DNA of 63,777 nucleotides, the filler included, from Sandaracinaceae bacterium (lineage in GTDB: Bacteria > Myxococcota_A > Polyangia > Polyangiales > JADJQN01), in NCBI GenBank assembly GCA_947483975.1. It is 18 parts of 18 records of this genome, joined end to end, with 100 filler letters (N's around TTAATTAATTAA, not from the genome) between each part and the next. Parts side by side here need not be neighbours in the genome. Positions count along the whole stretch, not along the records: positions 53,586 to 56,925 come from CANKOL010000489.1; positions 57,026 to 60,365 come from CANKOL010000490.1; positions 60,466 to 63,777 come from CANKOL010000491.1; 15 more parts are not named here. One strand, written 5' to 3'. This document shows positions 54,609 to 63,777 of the stretch, one piece after another. A program made the translations under genes and the position numbers. The notes under the pieces are model-generated. The model was not told the DNA's origin. It ran no database searches and was given only the letters and a program-made list of their open reading frames with translations. Numbering within the stretch: the stretch's first letter is position 1; every line of letters starts with the position of its first letter.

Positions 54609-55214
54609 ATGCGCCATGAGCGTCCGGTGCCGATCGAGCGCGAGCAGCTCGGCTTCGCGGCTGCGGCCAAGAGTGCGTTTGCATTTCTGCTCTCGCACGG
54701 TTTCCGCGTCGTGGACGAGCAGATCACCTGGGTGCGCTACGAGAGCAACATTCTCTTCGTGAATGTCTACCACGGACGTTCATCGTACGAACTCGGCCTC
54801 GAGGTCGGAGTCTTGCAAAACGAGCAGCCCGAGGTCGGGTATCCGATGTCGGCTTTGCTCCAGCTCGACGATGCGGCGGAGGCAGCGCGGTACCTCGATC
54901 GGACGGCGATCACCACGGGCGGGGTGCAAGCTGGACTCAGCGACTTGTCCGAGAAGGCGACGGCGCTCGGCCTTCCTGAGCGCGCGAGAGACAGGGATTT
55001 CTTCACGACCTTGGCTCGGCAACGTCGGGAGCGGGCGGAAGCGTACCATTTCGACGCCGTGGCAGCGCGGACTCGACCGGCAGCAGAAGACGCCTTCCGA
55101 AAGAAGAACTACGCGCTCGCCGCCGACCTCTATGACGGGATGTGGCACAGGCTGAGTCCGACGGAGGAGAAGAAGCTCGCGTACGCGAGGAAGCACGCAA
55201 AGCGCACGACGTAG
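54609..55214 (+). CDS. Hypothetical protein, probable orphan immunity protein (201 aa)
   Basis: Position in the toxin array; F.FL..HGF N-terminus; lower GC. Confidence 0.65.
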   Translation: MRHERPVPIEREQLGFAAAAKSAFAFLLSHGFRVVDEQITWVRYESNILFVNVYHGRSSYELGLEVGVLQNEQPEVGYPMSALLQLDDAAEAARYLDRTAITTGGVQAGLSDLSEKATALGLPERARDRDFFTTLARQRRERAEAYHFDAVAARTRPAAEDAFRKKNYALAADLYDGMWHRLSPTEEKKLAYARKHAKRTT

Positions 55215-55236
55215 AGGGTCAGCGACGAGCACATTC

Positions 55237-55891
<655 letters not shown>

Positions 55892-55902
55892 GCGAGGCTC
55901 CC

Positions 55903-56925
<1,023 letters not shown>

Positions 56926-57025
56926 NNNNNNNNNNNNNNNNNNNNNNNNNNNNNNNNNNNNNNNNNNNNTTAATTAATTAANNNNNNNNNNNNNNNNNNN
57001 NNNNNNNNNNNNNNNNNNNNNNNNN

Positions 57026-57613
57026 GACCCGTTCTACGTGAACATCCCGGGGCTCTACGTGATCGCGCCGAGCACCGCGCGGGACGCGAAGGGGCTGTTG
57101 AAGACCGCGATCCGCGACGACAATCCGGTGGTCTTCCTCGAGGGTGAGACGCTCTACGGGCTCAAGGGCGAGGTGCCCGACGAGGACGCCGACGAGTGCA
57201 TCCCGCTCGGCAAAGCGCGCATCGCGCGTGAGGGCACCGACGTCACGATCGTCAGCTGGGGGCGCCCGCTCTACACGGTGCTCGAGGCGGCGGCGGCGCT
57301 CGAGAAGCGCGGCATCTCGTGCGAGGTCGTCGACCCGCGCACGCTGCGTCCGCTCGATGGCGCGTCGATCGTCGAGAGCGTGAAGAAGACGAACCGCTGC
57401 GTCGTGGTGCACGAGCACTGGGAGCACGGCGGCACGGGCGCGCAGATCGTGGACATCGTGCAGCGCGAGGCGTTCGATTGGCTCGATGCGCCGGTGCTGC
57501 GCGTGCACAACCAAGACGTGCCGATGCCGTACGCTGCGAACCTCGAGAACCTGGTGCTGCCGACCGTCGACCGTGTGGTCGCGGCGGTCGAGCGCGTCAC
57601 CTACCAGCGCTGA
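57026..57613 (+). CDS. pdhB: Pyruvate dehydrogenase E1 beta subunit, 5' partial
   Basis: PGLYVIAPST..DAKGLLKTAIRDDNPVVFLE, EGTDVTIV, PRTLRPLD, DVPMPYAANLE. Confidence 0.92.
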   Translation, partial: DPFYVNIPGLYVIAPSTARDAKGLLKTAIRDDNPVVFLEGETLYGLKGEVPDEDADECIPLGKARIAREGTDVTIVSWGRPLYTVLEAAAALEKRGISCEVVDPRTLRPLDGASIVESVKKTNRCVVVHEHWEHGGTGAQIVDIVQREAFDWLDAPVLRVHNQDVPMPYAANLENLVLPTVDRVVAAVERVTYQR

Positions 57614-57625
57614 GCGAGGACGAGC

Positions 57626-58957
57626 ATGGCGAAGATCATCGGGCTCCCGAAGCTCTCTCCGACGATGGACGAGGGCGTGCTCGTGCGCTGGGCGAAGAAG
57701 GTCGGCGACGCCGTCGCGGTCGACGACGTGCTCGCCGAGGTCGAGACGGACAAGGCGACGATGGAGTTCCGCTCCTTCGACAAGGGCTACGTGCTCGCGC
57801 TCTTCGTCGCGGAGGGCGACGCGCTCAAGCCCGACGCGCCGGCCCTGATCCTCGGCGCGGAGGGCGAGGACGTGAGCGCGCTCGTCGCGCGCGTGAAGGG
57901 TCGGCCGGGCGAGACGGCGAGCGCGCCGGCGACCGTGAGCGCGAGTGTGAGCGGCGGTACGACCGGAGGTATGACCGCGAGCGCGACTGCGAGCGCGACC
58001 TCGAGCGCGAGTGCGGCCGCGAGCCCGCCGGCGTCAGCGCAGGCGACTGAGCCGCCGCGCGTGACGGGGCGCGTGATGGCGTCGCCGGTCGTGCGCAAGC
58101 TCGCGCGGGAGCACGCGCTCGACCTCAGCGGCCTGCAGGGGAGCGGGCCGTATGGGCGGATCATCAAGCGCGACGTCGAGGCGCACCTCGCCGGGGAGGT
58201 CATGCTCCCTCCGGCGCTGCCTCCGGCCGTCTCGGCTCATGCGCCGGGAGAGGGCGCGTTCGGGCGACCCGCGCCGCGCGTCGAGAGGCTCTCGCAGATG
58301 CGCAAGGCGATCGCGCGGCGGCTGACGGAGTCGAAGCAGACCGTCCCGCACTTCTATCTGACGATCGACGTCGACGCGGCGCCGCTGCTCGAGGCGCGCG
58401 CGCAGATGGTCGCGTCGCTCGCGTCGCAGCAGGAGAAGGTCAGCGTCAACGACCTCTTGATCAAGGCGTGCGCGGTCGCGCTGCGGCTCGTGCCGGAGTG
58501 CAACGCGAGCTTCATGGGCGACGCGATTCACTACCATCAGCGCGTCGACATCTCCGTCGCCGTCGCGGTCGCGGAGGGGCTCGTCACGCCGGTCGTGCGC
58601 GACGCGGATCGCAAGGGCGTGCTCGCGATCGCGCGGGAGGTGCGTGAGCTCGCGGCGCGCGCGAAGGAGAAGAAGCTGCGGCCCGAGGAGATGAGCGACG
58701 GCACGTTCAGCATCTCGAACCTCGGGATGTTCGACGTCGAGAGCTTCAGCGCGGTGATCAACCCGCCTGAGGGCGCGATCCTCGCGGTCGGCGCGGTGCG
58801 CGATGAGCCGGTCGTGAAGGACGGGCAGCTCGTCGCGGGCAAGCGCCTGCGGCTGACGCTCTCGTGCGATCACCGGGTCGTCGACGGCGCGGTCGGCGCG
58901 CGCTGGCTGCAGGCGCTGCGCGGCGTGCTCGAGCGCCCCGTCACCATGCTGCTCTGA
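57626..58957 (+). CDS. pdhC: Dihydrolipoamide acetyltransferase E2 (443 aa)
   Basis: LSPTMDEG, VETDKAT (lipoyl-Lys), ASPVVRKLA, ISNLGMF, DHRVVDG. Confidence 0.95.
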   Translation: MAKIIGLPKLSPTMDEGVLVRWAKKVGDAVAVDDVLAEVETDKATMEFRSFDKGYVLALFVAEGDALKPDAPALILGAEGEDVSALVARVKGRPGETASAPATVSASVSGGTTGGMTASATASATSSASAAASPPASAQATEPPRVTGRVMASPVVRKLAREHALDLSGLQGSGPYGRIIKRDVEAHLAGEVMLPPALPPAVSAHAPGEGAFGRPAPRVERLSQMRKAIARRLTESKQTVPHFYLTIDVDAAPLLEARAQMVASLASQQEKVSVNDLLIKACAVALRLVPECNASFMGDAIHYHQRVDISVAVAVAEGLVTPVVRDADRKGVLAIAREVRELAARAKEKKLRPEEMSDGTFSISNLGMFDVESFSAVINPPEGAILAVGAVRDEPVVKDGQLVAGKRLRLTLSCDHRVVDGAVGARWLQALRGVLERPVTMLL

Positions 58958-59045
58958 GTCGCTCGCGCGGCGCGGGCGGTGACGTCGTCGTCGGTCGCTC
59001 GCGCGTCGCTTCGCCGCTGCTCGGGCGCTGCTCAGCCAGCGCTCA

Positions 59046-59214
59046 AGAGCTGTAGAAAAATAGTCCGAGAGCGAGCGCCGGCCCGGGGGCCCCGCCGGCT
59101 GCTAGCAGCCGACGCCCCAGGCACCCCGCGGAGCGCAGACCCGAGGAATACTCCTGTATTTCGCAGGGCCTGCGTGAGGACGTAAGCCGCTATCGGGCAT
59201 TTTTCGACAGCTCT
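59046..59214. mobile_element. 169-bp MITE-like element with ~28-bp imperfect terminal inverted repeats and a TCA target-site duplication
   Basis: Left end AGAGCTGTAGAAAAATAGTCCGAGAGCG; right end (reverse complement) AGAGCTGTCGAAAAATGCCCGATAGCG; TCA at 59043-45 and 59215-17; no transposase. Confidence 0.8.
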
Positions 59215-60365
59215 TCAGCCGCCGTTCGTGTGGGGCCAGCGGGCGGCTTGGGACGGGAAGACCTTGCCAGGGTTGAGGATGCCGCGCGGGTCGAAGGTGG
59301 CCTTGACGCGCTCTTGCAGGGCGATGAGCGCGTCGCTCTGCTCTAGGCCGAGATACGGGGCTTTGAGCACGCCGAGGCCGTGCTCGCCGCTGAGCGTGCC
59401 GCCGAGCGCGACGGTGGCGCGGAAGAGCGCCTCGATGCCGCGGTCGACGCGGGGGCGCTCTTCGTCGTCGTTCCAGAGGAACGCGACGTGGAGGTTGCCG
59501 TCGCCGGCGTGCCCAAACGCCGGCATACGCAGCTGCTCGCGCTCGCTGATGCGCGTCACCTCGGCGAGCAGCTCGGGCAGGCGCGTGCGCGGGACGACGA
59601 CGTCCTCGCTGAGCTTGTACTTGGCGAGGCGCTTGGTCGCGTGGCTGAGGTCGCGGCGCGCGGCCCAGAGGCGCTCGCGCTCGCTGCCGCTCGTCGCGAC
59701 GAGCACGTCGAGCGCGCCCGCTTCGTCGAGCACCTCGGACACGCGGCTGAGCTCGGCTTCGACCGCCGCGTCGCCGCCGTCGAGCTCGAGGAGCAGCATC
59801 GCGCCGGCGCGCGGGTCGAGCGGCAGCGACGTGCTCGGGCGCAGGATGGCGAGCGACTCGCGGTCGAGCAGCTCGAGGCAGCGCGGCACGATCCTGTTCG
59901 CGATCAGCGTGCTGACGGCGCGCGCGGCGGCGTGCGCGTCGGTGAGCAGCACGAGCAGGGTCGCGATGCGCTCGGGGAGCGGCACCAGGCGCAGCGTGAC
60001 CTCGGTGATCACGGCGAGCGTGCCCTCGCTGCCGACCATCAGGCTGCTGAGGTCGTAGCCGGTGACGCCCTTGCGCGTGCGCCGCCCGAGCCGCAGCACG
60101 GTGCCCTCGGCGGTGACGACCTCCATGCCGAGGACGAAGTCGCCGGTGGTGCCGTACTTGAAGGCGCGCGGTCCGCCGGCGTTCGCGGCGACGTTCCCGC
60201 CGAGGCGACACGAGCCGAGCGAGGATGGGTCGGGCGGGTAAAAGAGCCCCTCGGCCTCGACCGCCTCGTGCAGCGTCTGGAGGATGACGCCGGGCCCCGC
60301 GACCACGAGCAATTCCTCGCGCTCGACGCCGTGGATCGTGTCCATGCGCTCGGTCGAGAGCACGA
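59215..60365 (-). CDS. FAD-linked oxidase of the GlcD/D-lactate dehydrogenase family, 5' partial
   Basis: YPPDPSS...GGNVAANAGG..AFKYG, GSEGTL, GHAGDGNLH, SGEHGLG, DPRGILNPGK. Confidence 0.92.
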
Positions 60366-60465
60366 NNNNNNNNNNNNNNNNNNNNNNNNNNNNNNNNNNN
60401 NNNNNNNNNTTAATTAATTAANNNNNNNNNNNNNNNNNNNNNNNNNNNNNNNNNNNNNNNNNNNN

Positions 60466-60891
60466 CGCGAGGAGCGCGAGGCGCGCGAGCTTGCGCAGGG
60501 CGACGCGCAGGCCGCCGAGGGCGCTGAGCGCGTGCTCGGGACGCCTGAAGAAGAGGAGGCGCGCACCGCTGCGCTCGCGGCCGCTGCGGCTTCGGGTGAC
60601 TCTGCCGACGTCGGCGCGGATGACGTGCACGAGCGTGAGACGCTGCCGATGGTGCCCGCGAACGCGGACGCCGAGGGCGGCGACGCGGACGACGACGACG
60701 ACGAACCGCTGATCGCGGCCGCGACCTCAGAGACCGATGAGGCCGACGAGGCGGACGACGACGACGCAGACGACGCCGAGGATGCGGACGACGCAGACGA
60801 CGCAGACGACGCGGACGATGACGCGGACGACGACGACGACGCAGACGATGCGGACGACGACGACGACGCGGAAGAAGAGCCGCCGGCCTGA
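60466..60891 (+). CDS. Extremely acidic low-complexity C-terminus of an unknown protein, partial
   Basis: Open frame ending in about 50 residues of mostly D/A/E. Confidence 0.65.
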   Translation, partial: REEREARELAQGDAQAAEGAERVLGTPEEEEARTAALAAAAASGDSADVGADDVHERETLPMVPANADAEGGDADDDDDEPLIAAATSETDEADEADDDDADDAEDADDADDADDADDDADDDDDADDADDDDDAEEEPPA

Positions 60892-60896
60892 ACGAG

Positions 60897-60939
60897 AGCG
60901 CGCGCAGGGCCGGGGCTGAGACCCCGGGCTGCGCGCGCT
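60897..60939. terminator. GC-rich hairpin between convergent genes (candidate terminator)
   Basis: AGCGCGCGCAG...CGGGG/CCCCG...CTGCGCGCGCT. Confidence 0.5.
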
Positions 60940-60989
60940 GTTCTATCGTTTGCTGTCGACCGTGGACTGACTTGCGCGAGGCGCGGCGC

Positions 60990-61469
60990 TCAGTGAGCGC
61001 CGCCCGGCCCGTGCACGTGCCCGTGCGAGAGCTCGTCGCGCGTCGCCTCGCGGACCTCGCGGATGGTGACGTCGAAGTGCAGCGTGACGCCCGCGAGCGG
61101 GTGGTCGGTGCTGACCACGACGGCCTCGTCGTCAGCGTCGACGATCCAGAGCGTCAGCGAGGAGCCGTCCGGCGAGCCCGCCTCGATCGGGTCACCGACG
61201 TCGCCGTCGAAGCCCTCTGGGAGGCGCGCGCGCTCGACGCGCATCGTGCTGTCTTCGGTGCGGTCGCCGTAGCCGTCTGCCGGCTGGATCACCGCGAGGA
61301 CGTGGTCGCCCACGACCTTGCCCGAGAGCGCTGCCTCGAGCCCAGGCACGATCATCTCGTGGCCGTGGAGGTAGATGAGAGGCTCGCCCGCGCTCTCGTC
61401 GAGGACCGTCCCTTCATCGTCTTTGAGCGTGTAGTCGAAGGAGACGACGGCGTCCTGAGCGATCTTCAT
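60990..61469 (-). CDS. slyD: FKBP-type peptidyl-prolyl isomerase SlyD
   Basis: VVSFDYTL, YLHG...IVPGLEAAL, HPLAGVTLHFDV...VREAT..ELSHGHVH. Confidence 0.93.
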   Translation of the reverse strand: MKIAQDAVVSFDYTLKDDEGTVLDESAGEPLIYLHGHEMIVPGLEAALSGKVVGDHVLAVIQPADGYGDRTEDSTMRVERARLPEGFDGDVGDPIEAGSPDGSSLTLWIVDADDEAVVVSTDHPLAGVTLHFDVTIREVREATRDELSHGHVHGPGGAH

Positions 61470-61569
61470 GGGGAGTCCTTTCACGTGGCGTTCGCGGCCC
61501 GGAGCGCGCGAAGGTGAAATGCCGCGGAGCCCAGGTCAAAGCGAGAAAACGCTGCCCCGGGCGCCGACC

Positions 61570-63246
61570 TCAAATCGTCAGGGTCTCGATGTGCGCGCCG
61601 AACACGACGCGCATCGCGTCGCTGATCTCCCCGACCGTCGCGTAGGCGCGCACCGCGTCGAGCACCGGCGGCATCAGGTTGCCGCCGTCGCGCGCCGTCT
61701 GCTCGACGAGCGCGCACGCGGCCCGCGCGGCGGCCTCGTCGCGTCGCGCGCGCACGGCTCGCAGGCGCGCGACCTGGTCCCGCTCGAGCTGGGGGTCGAT
61801 GCGCAGGATCGGCACGCTCGCCGACTGACTCTGGAACTTGTTCACGCCGACGATCACGCGCTCCCCGCGCTCGATCTGCAGCTGATAGCGGTACGCCGAG
61901 TCTTGAATCTCGCGCTGCGCGTAGCCCTGCTCGATCGCGGAGACCATCCCGCCGAGGCGGTCGATCTTCGCGAGGTACTCGCGCGCGCCCGCCTCGATGC
62001 GGTCCGTCATCGCCTCGATCGCGTACGAGCCGCCGAGCGCGTCGACGAGGTCCGCGACGCCGCTCTCGTAGGCGATCACCTGCTGCGTGCGGAGCGCGAG
62101 CGTCGCGCTCGCCTCGGTCGGCAGCGAGAGCGCCTCGTCGAAGCTGTTGGTGTGGAGCGACTGCGCGCCGCCGAGCACCGCGCCGAGCGCCTGCAAGGTC
62201 GTGCGGATCGCGTTGACCATCGGCTGCTGCGCCTGGAGCGTGGAGCCCGCCGTCTGCACGTGGAACTTGAGCGCGCAGGCTTCCTTCGACTTCGCGCCGA
62301 AGCGCTCGCGCATGATCGACTCCCAGAGCCGCCGCGCCGCGCGGAACTTCGCGACCTCCTCGATCAGGTTGTTGTGCCCGTTGAAGAAGAAGGACAGCTG
62401 CTTGCCGAAGGTGTCGACGTCGAGCCCCGCGGCGATCGCCGTCTCGACGTAGGCGATGCCGTCCGCGAGCGTGAACGCGACCTCTTGGATCGCGTCGCAG
62501 CCGGCCTCCCGCATGTGGTAGCCGCTGATCGAGATCGTGTTCCACTTGGGCGCGTGCTGCGCGGACCACGCGAAGATGTCGTTGATGATCCGGAGCGAAG
62601 GGCGCGGCGGATAGATGTACGTGCCGCGCGCGACGTACTCCTTGAGGATGTCGTTCTGGATCGTGCCGCGCAGCGCCGTGCTCGGGATGCCCTGCTTCTC
62701 GGCGACGACGACATAGAGCGCGAGCAGGATCGACGCGGTCGAGTTGATCGTCATCGACGTCGAGACCTTGTCGAGCGGGATGCCGCGCAGCAGCGTCTCC
62801 ATGTCGTCGAGCGAGTCGATGGCGACGCCGACCTTGCCGACCTCGCCGAGCGCAAGCTCGTGATCGCTGTCGCGCCCCATCTGCGTCGGGAGATCGAAGG
62901 CGACGCTGAGGCCCGTCTGCCCGTTCTTCAGCAGATAGTGGTAGCGCTCGTTCGACTCGGCGGCGGTGCCGAAGCCGGCGTACTGACGCATCGTCCAGTG
63001 GCGGCCGCGGTACATATTCGGCTGCACGCCGCGCGTGAACGGCGCCTCGCCGGGGAAGCCGAGCTTCTTCGCGTAGTCGCGCTCCGGCGCGTCGAGCGGC
63101 GTGTAGAGCGGAGCCGGGTCACCGCCCTGCGCGAGCAGCGCGGCGCGCTCGCGGGGAGCGGCCTTCTTCTCGAAGGGCGCGAGCACTTCGGACTGCCACC
63201 GGGCGAGGTCGCTCGGGAGCGCGTTGCGGTCGATTTCGTCGGTCAT
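61570..63246 (-). CDS. Methylmalonyl-CoA mutase, substrate-binding large subunit of the split type (558 aa)
   Basis: [65 protein letters not shown]; no B12-binding domain. Tyr in RQYAGF and Arg in ARGT are the MCM-type specificity residues. Confidence 0.92.
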   Translation of the reverse strand: MTDEIDRNALPSDLARWQSEVLAPFEKKAAPRERAALLAQGGDPAPLYTPLDAPERDYAKKLGFPGEAPFTRGVQPNMYRGRHWTMRQYAGFGTAAESNERYHYLLKNGQTGLSVAFDLPTQMGRDSDHELALGEVGKVGVAIDSLDDMETLLRGIPLDKVSTSMTINSTASILLALYVVVAEKQGIPSTALRGTIQNDILKEYVARGTYIYPPRPSLRIINDIFAWSAQHAPKWNTISISGYHMREAGCDAIQEVAFTLADGIAYVETAIAAGLDVDTFGKQLSFFFNGHNNLIEEVAKFRAARRLWESIMRERFGAKSKEACALKFHVQTAGSTLQAQQPMVNAIRTTLQALGAVLGGAQSLHTNSFDEALSLPTEASATLALRTQQVIAYESGVADLVDALGGSYAIEAMTDRIEAGAREYLAKIDRLGGMVSAIEQGYAQREIQDSAYRYQLQIERGERVIVGVNKFQSQSASVPILRIDPQLERDQVARLRAVRARRDEAAARAACALVEQTARDGGNLMPPVLDAVRAYATVGEISDAMRVVFGAHIETLTI

Positions 63247-63249
63247 GTC

Positions 63250-63777
63250 TCACTTCTTGTGGCTGACGATCAGCCGCTCGAACGCCTCACCGAGCGCGGC
63301 GGCGAGGGCCTCGAGGCGCTGCCTGCCGCGCGTGCCGTAGCGCATGTCGTCGCCGCAGAGCACGGCCACGGGCTTGCCCGCGACGAGCACGGGTTGGACG
63401 AGCGCGTCACCGCCCGTCGTGCCGATCGCGGCCTTGTAGATGCCGTCCGCGGCCGTCGTCCCGTAGGGGCCGAAGTGCGCCGTGCCCGAGGTGATCGCGT
63501 CGCGGAAGACCGACGCGCTCGTCACCGGGATCCACAGGTTGTAGACGGCCTCGCGCGAGACGCCGCCGCCGACGGCCTCGCGGCCTTGGAGCACGTCGCG
63601 CTTGAGCGCGAGGAACACCACGCAGCGGCACGCAGGGAGCGCCGCCTCGCAGGCGAGCCGCACGGCCTCGTCGCGGGTCGGCGCGCTGCGGATCGTCGCG
63701 AGCGAGGGGCCGACGTCGGGGAGCGCGCCGGGGGGCAACGCGCCGTTGACGGGCGCGAAGCGATGCCGCGCGGCGGC
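63250..63777 (-). CDS. Hypothetical protein, GAF-like C-terminal domain, 5' partial
   Basis: ALVQPVLVAGKPVAVLCGD...LEALAAALGEAFERLI. Confidence 0.6.
   Translation of the reverse strand, partial: AAARHRFAPVNGALPPGALPDVGPSLATIRSAPTRDEAVRLACEAALPACRCVVFLALKRDVLQGREAVGGGVSREAVYNLWIPVTSASVFRDAITSGTAHFGPYGTTAADGIYKAAIGTTGGDALVQPVLVAGKPVAVLCGDDMRYGTRGRQRLEALAAALGEAFERLIVSHKK

Overview
This is not one locus. It is 18 short contigs (about 3.3-3.6 kb each, in decreasing size order) joined by 17 artificial 100-nt linkers (N-run + TTAATTAATTAA + N-run), so gene adjacency only means something within a contig and most edge genes are partial. Very high GC plus Ser/Thr kinases, Cys-rich lipoproteins, a pfa-type PUFA synthase, an SctV and a Uma2 nuclease point to a Myxococcota (Polyangiales-like) draft genome or MAG; this taxonomy is inference. 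Recognisable genes include hutH, msrA, arsM, cheW/MCPs, ackA fused to pduL, pfaD/pfaA, tex, pdhB/pdhC, slyD and a methylmalonyl-CoA mutase subunit. The top candidate novel system is in contig 1. There, a 33-aa Cys-containing peptide ORF (1183-1284, strong RBS, absent from the ORF track) lies directly upstream of an RRE-like/radical SAM/SPASM maturase, divergent from an XRE regulator and next to a ParDE-like toxin-antitoxin pair, which together suggest a new RiPP. Other highlights: a pentanucleotide repeat encoding the signal peptide of a large metalloprotease-like lipoprotein (opa-like phase-variation candidate); a CxxCH insert in a flavin amine oxidase; an AckA-PduL fusion; an RHS toxin/immunity array with an orphan toxin tip followed by gcvP/argB gene scraps; a 169-bp MITE with a TCA target duplication; and REP-like hairpins with a compensatory base change. 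All family assignments come from reading motifs by eye, not from database searches.
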